This document shows, in pieces, positions 39,925 to 48,489 of a DNA stretch of 64,000 bases. Numbering within the stretch: the first letter of the stretch is position 1; each line of letters starts with the position of its first letter. This stretch comes from an uncultured Bacteroidota bacterium (GTDB lineage: Bacteria; Bacteroidota; Ignavibacteria; UBA10030; UBA6906). Below the pieces are notes generated by a model. It ran no database searches, was not told the DNA's origin, and saw only the letters and a list, made by a program, of their open reading frames with translations. Location: contig CAVOYH010000003.1 of assembly GCA_963700635.1 (NCBI GenBank), positions 256,001-320,000 on the forward strand. The letters run 5' to 3'. Made by a program: the position numbers and the translations under genes.

Positions 39925-41247
39925 TCATGGTTTTCCGGACCGGGCTGCTTCCAGCTGACCCTGTCTGGCATAGTCAATGGCCTCTCCGAGTATCCGGGCT
40001 GCTTCCTGGGGAGCATGGAATCCCATGGAGTTTTCGGCGGCAACAAAGTCGAATCGGAATTGCGCCTTCCGTTGAAGCGCCAGAGCCCGATCCAGGGCAG
40101 GATCTTGTACACCCCGCGCCCGGGCGGCAGCAACCTCATCAAACATGGCGAGGAGCGCCGATTCCGTCCGGTCCATTAACTTCCGGGTGCGTTCCTGAAT
40201 CTGATCTACGCGGGAGGCCATCTCCGCTTCCGGTTGCGGATGGCATGTCTGACAGGAGCGGGCGACACTGAGCAGCGGACTGCGAAGCTGGTGCTCACTG
40301 ATCTTTACGGCCCCGTCCCGCATGTACGGCATGTGGCAATCGGCACACGCGACACCAGAACGGGCGTGTATGCCCTGATTCCACATTTCGAACTCCGGAT
40401 GCTGGGCCTTCAACACTTTTGCCCCTGTCTCCTTGTGCGTCCAGTCCGAAAACCCCACTGAATCGTAGTATGCCTCGATTTGTTCTACCTTGAGTCCCTG
40501 TTGCCAGGGATAGGTGAGTGTCTTCCTGTCGCCTTTGAAGTAGTATTCAACGTGACACTGGCCGCACACATAACTCCGCATCTCCTGGCGGGTGGCCATG
40601 GTATTCGGATCGTAGTCCATAATGCCCCTGACGCGCATAGCAGCTTTGATGCCATTCAGAAATCCCGGACGGGTAACACGGAGATTCATCGTCTTGGGAT
40701 CATGGCAATCAATGCAGGCAATCGGGTGATCAACAAGTTTGCGCGCTTCCTTGTAGGGCATGGCACATATTTCTTCGAACCCTTTCTGGACATCTCCGTT
40801 CCCGGCCTTCCGGTAGGCAGGGATGATGGACGAATGGCAGTGGAGGCACGCTCCCGGTTGTTCCCGCTCCAGCACTCTCCGTGTTTCGTCCTGATCGCTC
40901 AACATGTAGGCATGACCGCGTTCTTCCCGGTAGTCCAGGCTGAAGGCGTAGCCGGCAAATATTCGTTTGAGTGCGGGTTCTTCATCGAGTTTCTGAAAGG
41001 CCTCACTCCCCCCAAACCGCGTGCGTATGGTGTCTACCGTCCGTCGGTATCCATCGTACTGCCGGGGGAAGTTCTTCCCCCACTCCGCCGGATCGATCGT
41101 CTCTTCGGTCAGATCTGCGAGACGGAACGACACTTCCCGGGCCTCCTCCTTCCGGTCAAAAATATTAAGGAACAGCCACATCACCGCCGCGGTTGCCGCA
41201 GCCACCGAGGCAAGAATAATGATGAAGCCGACGCGGGATTTTGTCAT
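39925..41247 (-). CDS. nrfA: Ammonia-forming cytochrome c nitrite reductase, catalytic subunit
   Basis: Five heme motifs CLHCH, CIDCH, CGQCHVEYYF, CADCH, CQTCH; DYREERGH; LKAQHPEFE; ENSMGFHAP. Confidence 0.95.
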   Translation of the reverse strand: MTKSRVGFIIILASVAAATAAVMWLFLNIFDRKEEAREVSFRLADLTEETIDPAEWGKNFPRQYDGYRRTVDTIRTRFGGSEAFQKLDEEPALKRIFAGYAFSLDYREERGHAYMLSDQDETRRVLEREQPGACLHCHSSIIPAYRKAGNGDVQKGFEEICAMPYKEARKLVDHPIACIDCHDPKTMNLRVTRPGFLNGIKAAMRVRGIMDYDPNTMATRQEMRSYVCGQCHVEYYFKGDRKTLTYPWQQGLKVEQIEAYYDSVGFSDWTHKETGAKVLKAQHPEFEMWNQGIHARSGVACADCHMPYMRDGAVKISEHQLRSPLLSVARSCQTCHPQPEAEMASRVDQIQERTRKLMDRTESALLAMFDEVAAARARGVQDPALDRALALQRKAQFRFDFVAAENSMGFHAPQEAARILGEAIDYARQGQLEAARSGKP

Positions 41248-41338
41248 GTTCGTTTCCTTTCTTCTCAGTCATCAGGCCGTCGCCTTGATTGTCCTGCTTC
41301 TCTGTCGCACCACCGTACACGCACCGGAACCGCTGTTA

Positions 41339-41806
41339 TCAACGCATCTCTCCATGCCCCACCGTGGCATGGCAATGCACGCACAGCCGCCCTTCGCCGC
41401 TCTTGCCGGGTCGATCCGCGATATGGATGACGAGGTCATTGTGGCACCGCACGCAATTCTCTTCCAGGTTTTCGCGATTCATGGTGGTCATCTGGAGACG
41501 CTCCGGGTAGTCCCTGAAGGTGAATTTCCAGGAATGACGGATTCCATTTTCTGCTTTGGCAAAGTACTTCGGGAACAGACTGACCGGCGTGTGGCAATCG
41601 TTGCAGGCGGCATAGGCGTGATGACCACTTTTTTGCCAGGAGTCCAGATAGTCGCGCATAATATGGCAGTTGGCGCACGACCGGGGGTCGTTACTGAAGT
41701 ACGACCCCCCTTCGGCATATCCCCAGGTAAAAAGGGCAAGTCCCGCAAACACACCGAGCGAGAGTGCCATCAACACCATTTTCACTTGAACGGTCGGACC
41801 AGCCAC
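41339..41806 (-). CDS. nrfH: Cytochrome c nitrite reductase small subunit
   Basis: N-terminal TM; four hemes CANCH, CNDCH, CVRCH, CVHCH; directly upstream of nrfA. Confidence 0.93.
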   Translation of the reverse strand: MAGPTVQVKMVLMALSLGVFAGLALFTWGYAEGGSYFSNDPRSCANCHIMRDYLDSWQKSGHHAYAACNDCHTPVSLFPKYFAKAENGIRHSWKFTFRDYPERLQMTTMNRENLEENCVRCHNDLVIHIADRPGKSGEGRLCVHCHATVGHGEMR

Positions 41807-41848
41807 GAAGGTGCCCTTCGATTTCGGATAGTTCTATCTGAATTAAGC

Positions 41849-41877
41849 AAAAAAAAAGAGCCACATTCAAGGCTCTT
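41849..41877 (-). terminator. Rho-independent terminator after tRNA-Val
   Basis: AAGAGCC-TTGAATGT-GGCTC followed by T9 on the minus strand. Confidence 0.75.
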
Positions 41878-41915
41878 CGGCAATTTACCCCAAAATTCGC
41901 ATCTCTTCAGCTTTG

Positions 41916-41990
41916 TGGACGCTGCAGGGTTCGAACCTGCGACCTTCGCCTTGTAAGGGCGACGCTCTGAACCAGCTGAGCTAAGCGTCC
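41916..41990 (-). tRNA. tRNA-Val(TAC)
   Basis: GGACGCTTAGCTCAGCTGGTTCAGAGCGTCGCCCTTACAAGGCGAAGGTCGCAGGTTCGAACCCTGCAGCGTCCA; folds as a cloverleaf, TAC anticodon, no encoded CCA. Confidence 0.95.
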
Positions 41991-42016
41991 AAACGACGGG
42001 TGCTGATCTTACAACG

Positions 42017-42832
42017 TCAGGTAAACAACGCGCTGCTAAAATCTCTCCTGAACTTCCGGGTGGTCTCGTGCTCCTCACCCAGAACTTTGAAGATGGCCAC
42101 GCAGGCTTTTCGAGCCCCGTCATCGTCGTACATCCGCTCCCCCCTTATCACGTCTATAAACTTTGCGAGAGCCCTTTCGTAATCGAAGTTTCCCAGCGCC
42201 CGGAGGGCTTCAAGATAAATCTGCTTTACACTCCCATCCGGCAATGACCCGGGGTCTTCCAGTCTGGTGGTCAGCCCGGCAAATGTCCGGATCGCGTCCA
42301 CCATGGCAAAATGGGGGGAATCTTCTTCGATCCCTGTCACAAGCTCAAGCGCCTTGCCGGGAGCAGCTTCAAGATAGCTCCCGGCCAGAAGAACACGGGC
42401 CTGTTCGTTTCCTGTGTCTTTCTGCAGCACCTGACCGAGCAGCGCCTGCCCTTCAAGCAATTTTCCCTGCTGTAACAACTCCTCTGCGCGCGTGACATCT
42501 TTGTTCAGGGGGTTTGGCAATGCCCGGTTGAGCCATTGGACAACAGCCGGTTCCGGCAGGGCCCCCGTGAATTCGTCAATCACCTTGCCGTCGGCAAAGA
42601 GCTTCACATTGGGAATTCCCCGGATCCCGTACCGCGTCGCAATCTCTTGATTGTGGTCCGTGTCAACTTTTGCCAGTACCCATCGGCCGTTTGCCTGCCC
42701 GGCGAGGCGTTCGAGCACCGGCCCGAGCATCCGGCAGGGTGCGCACCACGCAGCCCAGAAGTCCACCAGAACCGGGACATTCCGGCTCCGGTCCACCACA
42801 TCACGTTCAAAGTCCTGTATTTCGAAGCTCAT
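42017..42832 (-). CDS. Thioredoxin-TPR chaperedoxin (CnoX/YbbN-like)
   Basis: VDFWAAWCAPC; GALPE; C-terminal TPR with DDGARK...F..LG...RR..SSALF. Confidence 0.9.
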   Translation of the reverse strand: MSFEIQDFERDVVDRSRNVPVLVDFWAAWCAPCRMLGPVLERLAGQANGRWVLAKVDTDHNQEIATRYGIRGIPNVKLFADGKVIDEFTGALPEPAVVQWLNRALPNPLNKDVTRAEELLQQGKLLEGQALLGQVLQKDTGNEQARVLLAGSYLEAAPGKALELVTGIEEDSPHFAMVDAIRTFAGLTTRLEDPGSLPDGSVKQIYLEALRALGNFDYERALAKFIDVIRGERMYDDDGARKACVAIFKVLGEEHETTRKFRRDFSSALFT

Positions 42833-42917
42833 CAAGAAACCACTGTGTCCGGGAACTCAATCATTCTTCTCTAACATACGATACGAGCGACTCATGGTCA
42901 AGTCCCCCCCCCATCAT

Positions 42918-43493
42918 TCATGGCTCGTAGGTGAGTGCAAAGGAAAGCCCGTCCATCCGGACGGAGTAGGCCGTTCCGGCCAGATCATGTAATGGATGAT
43001 ATCGTACGCCCGGCGTGAAGGTCACACCCCGGAAAGTGAACGGCTCCATCGTTGCTGAGACGTCAGCATTCTTTATTACCGTGATATCCTCCGCGCGGCG
43101 TTTGAACGACGCCACCTCGTCGTCGTCCTCAACAATTTCCATCCAGACGGTAAGCCCCCGGATCTCATGCTCCTTCGTCATGGCAGCAGACGCGGGCGGA
43201 CCGTTCTCCAGTGCGATGCGCACCAGGAAATGGAGCGGTGTACGCACACCGCCATTGTCGTACATCAGGATCACCTGTTCTTCCTGGTTCTCATCGAGGC
43301 GTCTGCTCACTTCCGAATCTCCCTGATACCGGAATCCGATGCGGTTAACAAAGAACCAGAGTTTGTATACCGGAGCACCGTCGGCATTATAGAACTGTTT
43401 GATCACCGGTTCGGATTTATCCTGCGCACTCGTGCCGTTCACCATAAACAGGCACAGAAGCAGGCACAACCACCATCGTATGTTTGTGTTCAT
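42918..43493 (-). CDS. Hypothetical exported protein
   Basis: Signal peptide; GAGGA RBS; no recognised domain. Confidence 0.6.
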   Translation of the reverse strand: MNTNIRWWLCLLLCLFMVNGTSAQDKSEPVIKQFYNADGAPVYKLWFFVNRIGFRYQGDSEVSRRLDENQEEQVILMYDNGGVRTPLHFLVRIALENGPPASAAMTKEHEIRGLTVWMEIVEDDDEVASFKRRAEDITVIKNADVSATMEPFTFRGVTFTPGVRYHPLHDLAGTAYSVRMDGLSFALTYEP

Positions 43494-43571
43494 GCTATCC
43501 TCCTCGTCATGTGAAAGGCCCTCTCCCGGTTCTTCTCCCCTGTTCCCTTTCTGCGCCGGGTCTAAGCGTGT

Positions 43572-45929
43572 TTACCATGATTGGTGTTCTGTACGTTCAA
43601 TAATTTCGTCCTGCAGAGCCTTGCCGAGATTGCAGAAGTAATCGCTGTATCCGGCCACCCGCACAATGAGGTCGCGATGCTCTTCAGGGTGCTGTTGGGC
43701 AGCCCGCAGGGTTGCGCCATCGACAATATTAAACTGGATATGGTGGCCGCCCATGGCGAAATATGCGCGAACCAACCGTGTGAGGTGTTCAATGCCCTCT
43801 TCTCCCTCCACCAGACCCGGCGTAAATTTCTGGTTCAGCAGCGTTCCGCCGGTACGCACGTGGTCCATTTTTGCGGCCGAGCGTAACACCGCGGTAGGGC
43901 CGGCCCGATCTGCTCCCTGCACCGGAGAAATCCCCTCGGAAAGCGGCATGCCCCCCCTTCTGCCGTCGGGGGTCGCTCCAGTAATGGACCCAAAGTACAC
44001 ATGGCAGGTGGTCGGAAGCATTTGAATCCGGTACACACCGCCCTTCGTATTGGGCCGTCCATTCACAGATTCGTAGAACATCTCGAACCCCTCACGCATC
44101 AAGTCGTCTGCCCGGTCATCGTCGTTGCCATACCGGGAGGTCCGGTTCAGCAACAGATGACGCAGTCGTTCGTTTCCTTCAAAGTCACTCCCGAGCGCCT
44201 GAAGCAATTCGTCCATCCTGACGTTCCGTGTTTCAAAGACGTGCGTCTGTAAAGCAGAAAAACAGTCCGCGAGAGTCCCGATCCCGACACCCTGGATATA
44301 GTTCGTATTATACCGCGCGCCACCATCCGCATAGTCCTTTCCGTTCCGTATACAATCATCGATAAGAATGGAGAGAAACGGCGTTGGCGCATACTGCGCA
44401 TACAGGCGTTCGATAACGTTGTTTCCGCGCATCTTGATGTCCACGAAATGCCTGAGTTGCGCGCGATACGCGTGCAGGACATCGTCGAATGAGTGAAACG
44501 TCCGCGGGTCACCCGTGCGCAGGCCGATAGTCTTCCCTGTGCGGGGATCAATGCCGTTATGTAGCGTGACCTCGAGGATCTTCGGAAAGTTGAGATATCC
44601 GGTAAGAATGTAGCTCTCCTTGCCGAATGCGCCGGTTTCCACGCAGCCGCTTGTTCCCCCGCATCGCGCGTCCTCGATACTTTTCCCCTGCCGGAGCATC
44701 TCCTCCACCACTGTATCGGCGTTGAAGATGGATGGCTGACCCCATCCTTTCCGGACAATCCGGAGGGCCCGTTTCAGGAACTCGTCGGGATTCTTGCGAC
44801 TCAACTGAATATTGGAACTGGGTTGCACCAGGCGCATATCATCAATAACTTCCAGCACAAGGTATGTCACGTCGTTCACGGCGTCCGATCCATCAACACA
44901 CATTCCCCCCGAATTGATGTTCGCAAAGTCCGTGTACGTTGCACTCTCCGCTGCAGTGACGCCGACTTTGGGGGGTGCAGGCTGGTTGTTAAATTTGATC
45001 CAGAGACACTCCAGCAGTTCCATGGCCCGGTCAGTCGTGAGCGATCCCTGCGCAAGCCCGGTCTGATAGAAGGGAAGCAGGTGCTGATCAAGGCGGCCGG
45101 GATTGAACGAATCCCATGGGTTCAGTTCCGTGACGACCCCCAGATGGACGAACCAGTATGCCTGCAGTGCTTCATGGAAAGTGCGGGGTGCATGTGCGGG
45201 TACTCTGCGGCAGAGGGAGGCGAGCTGCGCGAGTTCCGCATGCCGCACCGGGTCGGTACACCGGGCCGCCTGTTCGTCAAGCGCCTGCGCATGCCGCTCT
45301 GCAAAATGTATCATCGTTTCGGCGGTAATCCGCATGCCGCGCAACTCTTCCTGCTTCCCGTACGCTCCGGGATCCTGGTAAAAATCAAGGTGGTCCAGAT
45401 GGAGATCAATCTCCCGGATAACATCCAGCATGCCCCGGTGATAAATCTTGTCGTCGAGCACGGTGTGCCCCGGGGCGCGCTGTTCCATAAACTCGGTGAA
45501 CATCCCCGCGTGATACGCATCGTGCCAGGGGGGGGTCATTTCCGTGAACACCTTCTCGCGAATGGTGCGACCCTGCCAGAATGGTATGATGGTCTCTGCA
45601 TAGTGTTTCCGCACATCATCACTCACCGCATAGGCGACGTGGGGGCGCGTGTGCAGAAGAGTCAGATCTTCAAGCGTGTGACAGCAGATTTCGGGATACG
45701 TCGGGGTTGCCCGCGGTGCCGGCCCACGCTCTCCGACGATCAGTTCGCCGGCATCGATGAAAATGGTCTTATGGGCCATCACGTGTTTGAATACCAGGGC
45801 CCGCATGACCGGTGCAGAATGGAAACCCATCGTGCGATACGCCTCCGTCACCAGCAGCGCCCGTTCGGCCGAGAGATATGGCTGTGTTTCACAACTTACC
45901 GCACGTAATTTCCGCACGCGTTCGGTCAT
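43572..45929 (-). CDS. hypD: Glycyl radical enzyme, trans-4-hydroxy-L-proline dehydratase
   Basis: HypD-type motifs PTYPEICCH, FTEFMEQRAPGHTV, ESATYTDF, SGCVE (Cys loop), YILTGY, LPTTCH; RVAGYS glycine loop. Confidence 0.9.
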   Translation of the reverse strand: MTERVRKLRAVSCETQPYLSAERALLVTEAYRTMGFHSAPVMRALVFKHVMAHKTIFIDAGELIVGERGPAPRATPTYPEICCHTLEDLTLLHTRPHVAYAVSDDVRKHYAETIIPFWQGRTIREKVFTEMTPPWHDAYHAGMFTEFMEQRAPGHTVLDDKIYHRGMLDVIREIDLHLDHLDFYQDPGAYGKQEELRGMRITAETMIHFAERHAQALDEQAARCTDPVRHAELAQLASLCRRVPAHAPRTFHEALQAYWFVHLGVVTELNPWDSFNPGRLDQHLLPFYQTGLAQGSLTTDRAMELLECLWIKFNNQPAPPKVGVTAAESATYTDFANINSGGMCVDGSDAVNDVTYLVLEVIDDMRLVQPSSNIQLSRKNPDEFLKRALRIVRKGWGQPSIFNADTVVEEMLRQGKSIEDARCGGTSGCVETGAFGKESYILTGYLNFPKILEVTLHNGIDPRTGKTIGLRTGDPRTFHSFDDVLHAYRAQLRHFVDIKMRGNNVIERLYAQYAPTPFLSILIDDCIRNGKDYADGGARYNTNYIQGVGIGTLADCFSALQTHVFETRNVRMDELLQALGSDFEGNERLRHLLLNRTSRYGNDDDRADDLMREGFEMFYESVNGRPNTKGGVYRIQMLPTTCHVYFGSITGATPDGRRGGMPLSEGISPVQGADRAGPTAVLRSAAKMDHVRTGGTLLNQKFTPGLVEGEEGIEHLTRLVRAYFAMGGHHIQFNIVDGATLRAAQQHPEEHRDLIVRVAGYSDYFCNLGKALQDEIIERTEHQSW

Positions 45930-45933
45930 ACTC

Positions 45934-46836
45934 TTATCCTCGTCTGCGCACGGTAAAGCCGCACGCCGTCAGGGTCTCTGCGATCTCTTCAAGTCGTTGC
46001 CCCGGCAGAGCTGAAACATCCGTCATCCGGTGCCGCATGCCAAGACCTGCATACTTCGAAGCAGCGCCGGCATGATACGGCAGGAGGTGAACCTCCCGGA
46101 CCGTGCCCAGCTCTGTGAGCAGGCGTGCGAGTCCGCGGATATTCTCATCATCGTCATTGACCCCGGGGATGACGGGTACACGCACGGCCACGGAGGCATT
46201 CCTTGACGCAAGATAACGCAAATTCTCCATGATGCGAACGTTTGACCAGCCCGTGAGCTGTTTATGGCGCTCTTCGTCGATCAATTTCACATCAAACAGA
46301 AACAAATCCGTGTATGCACACACCTCCTCCAACCGATCCGGTGTCGTAAGCCCCGATGTTTCCACCGCGGTGTGCAGTCCGTTGGCTTTGCATGCCTTAA
46401 GTGCCGGGAGAAGAAAATCGAACTGGTGAAGGGGCTCGCCGCCCGAAAACGTTACCCCTCCTCCCGATTCATCGTAGAAGATGCGGTCCTTGAGGACCTC
46501 CGCAATCAGGTCTTCCACGCCGATCTCCCGTCCGATGGATTCCCGCGCATCCATGACACACTGGTCTGTGCAGGACCCGCACACCACGCATCGTTGGGTA
46601 TCACGGCTCACCCGCGTCTCCTCCAGCGTGAGGGCGTGTTGCGGACAATGGTTGACACACTCGCCACAGAGAACGCAGCGCTCCACGTGATAGGCAATCT
46701 CAATCCCGCCCCGGAGGCCTTCGGGGTTGTGGCACCACGGGCACGACAGAGGGCATCCTTTGAGGAAGACGGTGGTCCGGATACCCGGTCCGTCGTGTAC
46801 GGCATAACGCATAATATTGAATATCGTTCCGTGCAC
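45934..46836 (-). CDS. Glycyl-radical activating enzyme (HypD activase)
   Basis: HDGPGIRTTVFLKGCPLSCPWCHNPE; ferredoxin insert with two CxxCxxCxxxC; GGVTFSGGEP; GTG start inferred. Confidence 0.93.
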   Translation of the reverse strand: MHGTIFNIMRYAVHDGPGIRTTVFLKGCPLSCPWCHNPEGLRGGIEIAYHVERCVLCGECVNHCPQHALTLEETRVSRDTQRCVVCGSCTDQCVMDARESIGREIGVEDLIAEVLKDRIFYDESGGGVTFSGGEPLHQFDFLLPALKACKANGLHTAVETSGLTTPDRLEEVCAYTDLFLFDVKLIDEERHKQLTGWSNVRIMENLRYLASRNASVAVRVPVIPGVNDDDENIRGLARLLTELGTVREVHLLPYHAGAASKYAGLGMRHRMTDVSALPGQRLEEIAETLTACGFTVRRRG

Positions 46837-46843
46837 GGTCAGG

Positions 46844-48043
46844 TCAGGGCCGGGAAGGGATAAGCCGTAGTGTTGTTTGCGGCCGGGAAAGATATTCCGC
46901 ACCATCATGGGTCACGACGACCATCTCCTCCACCGTTACGACACCGAATCCCTCCACAGTAAGTCGCGGCTCCAGCGTGAACACCATTCCCTCTTCCAGC
47001 CGAGCGAATGGTTTGTTACCATACTTCTCCCAGCGTGGAGCGAGCAATGCTGTTCCGTCGTGCGCAAATCTCCCCACCTGATGTCCCACAGCGTGGGGGA
47101 ATTCTGCGTATCCCCCGCGGGTGACCGTTGTGCGCGCGGCGTTGTCAATGCTGATTCCCTGGACGCCGGGTTTTATGGCGGCACGGGCGGTTTCAATTGC
47201 TTCTCTGATCGTATCAAACCCCCGTTGCACTTCCGCCGGCGCCTTTGTTTCGCCCGGACGAAGAACATAGAATGAGCGTTGGATATCCGAAACGTATTCT
47301 TCGACACGAACCCCAAAATCCATGTTCAGGACATGCCCGGGGCAGACAACCCGTTCAGTCGGATGGTAGTGAGCTCCGGCGGTATCCGGACCGGTAAAGA
47401 CGGCGGGGCACGTCCGGGGATCCCATGCAAAACCGAGATGCCGGCGCTCCACTTCGGCGCGCATAAAAGCGGCGATGTCCGTCTCGGTCTTCCCGGCCTG
47501 GATGTACAGCCCGGCCGCATCGAATATCTCTTCCGTATGCCGGATAGCTTCCCTGATGAGCACAAGCTCACCGGGGGTTTTCCGCTGACGCAGGGCGGAG
47601 ATAATCTGCTCGGCCGACACAACCCGGTCCGCAAGCCCCGCTTCGGTCAGCAGTCCCATCATGGTCAAATACATTCCATGCGTAAGTCCATCGCAGATCT
47701 CGGAATCCATGGAATAGTTGAGCGCGATCTTGCCCGGCGTGCGCCGGGAAAATTCCGCCAGCAGGGGGGCGCGGATACCTTCAACATAATCCACCACACG
47801 GTCGTAGGCACCGGTGTCTACCACCATCTGCCGATCGTACTTCCCCACGATGGCGGTCCGGGACCCATCATCACCGATGATCAGTGCACTCTGCCAGGTG
47901 AGGTCAGAAGGGACGAGGTACGGAATAATGGGGTCGCGCTGGAGCGCTGTTTCACGCACAAAAGTGATCCAGCAATCAACGTCGAATTCTTTCAGGAGGG
48001 CAGTCGCCTGCGCGATCTTTTCTCCGATCAGTTCGTAGGCCAT
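46844..48043 (-). CDS. M24 Xaa-Pro peptidase (prolidase/aminopeptidase P)
   Basis: MDFGV..YVSDIQR; HAVGHQVG..HD; FTLEP; TVEE metal ligands. Confidence 0.9.
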   Translation of the reverse strand: MAYELIGEKIAQATALLKEFDVDCWITFVRETALQRDPIIPYLVPSDLTWQSALIIGDDGSRTAIVGKYDRQMVVDTGAYDRVVDYVEGIRAPLLAEFSRRTPGKIALNYSMDSEICDGLTHGMYLTMMGLLTEAGLADRVVSAEQIISALRQRKTPGELVLIREAIRHTEEIFDAAGLYIQAGKTETDIAAFMRAEVERRHLGFAWDPRTCPAVFTGPDTAGAHYHPTERVVCPGHVLNMDFGVRVEEYVSDIQRSFYVLRPGETKAPAEVQRGFDTIREAIETARAAIKPGVQGISIDNAARTTVTRGGYAEFPHAVGHQVGRFAHDGTALLAPRWEKYGNKPFARLEEGMVFTLEPRLTVEGFGVVTVEEMVVVTHDGAEYLSRPQTTLRLIPSRP

Positions 48044-48126
48044 ACAGGAAGATACGATAACGAAGGACCGGAATCAAAGGGATGAAGATTTCAGGGTGAA
48101 AACCGTGGAAACCCGGCGCTGAAGGG

Positions 48127-48453
48127 CTATGCCTTCCAGAGCAGGAGCATTCCGATGCAGATTGTTCCCAGAGCAATCATCTTCTGCAGGCTCAGAGCCT
48201 CTTTGAAGAAAGCGACTGACAGCCCCGTGATCAACAGAATACTCGCTGCGGACAGGATCGGATAGGCAACCCCGAGGTCAAGTCCTTCGAGCGACTTGAT
48301 GTACAGAAGAGTATTTCCAAGCCCAAGAGCAAGTGCAAGGAGTAAAAAACCGATTTTCTGGAAAGTCCATACGGGCATCCCCGAGGCATATTTGAACAGC
48401 ACGTTTGCCGCAGAATTCAGAATAATGGCGATTGTCAACAGCGAGTAAGCCAT
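48127..48453 (-). CDS. SMR/DMT-family small transporter
   Basis: ~108 aa, four TMs, LGVAYPI...FFKEALS. Confidence 0.75.
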   Translation of the reverse strand: MAYSLLTIAIILNSAANVLFKYASGMPVWTFQKIGFLLLALALGLGNTLLYIKSLEGLDLGVAYPILSAASILLITGLSVAFFKEALSLQKMIALGTICIGMLLLWKA

Positions 48454-48489
48454 GCCGAATTTTCCTTCCTCGAACACGATGCGCACCTT

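Noticed and set aside
43572-45929. Pyruvate formate-lyase or choline TMA-lyase call
   Set aside because: Single-Cys SGCVE loop and HypD-specific motifs; no PFL CC pair and no microcompartment genes
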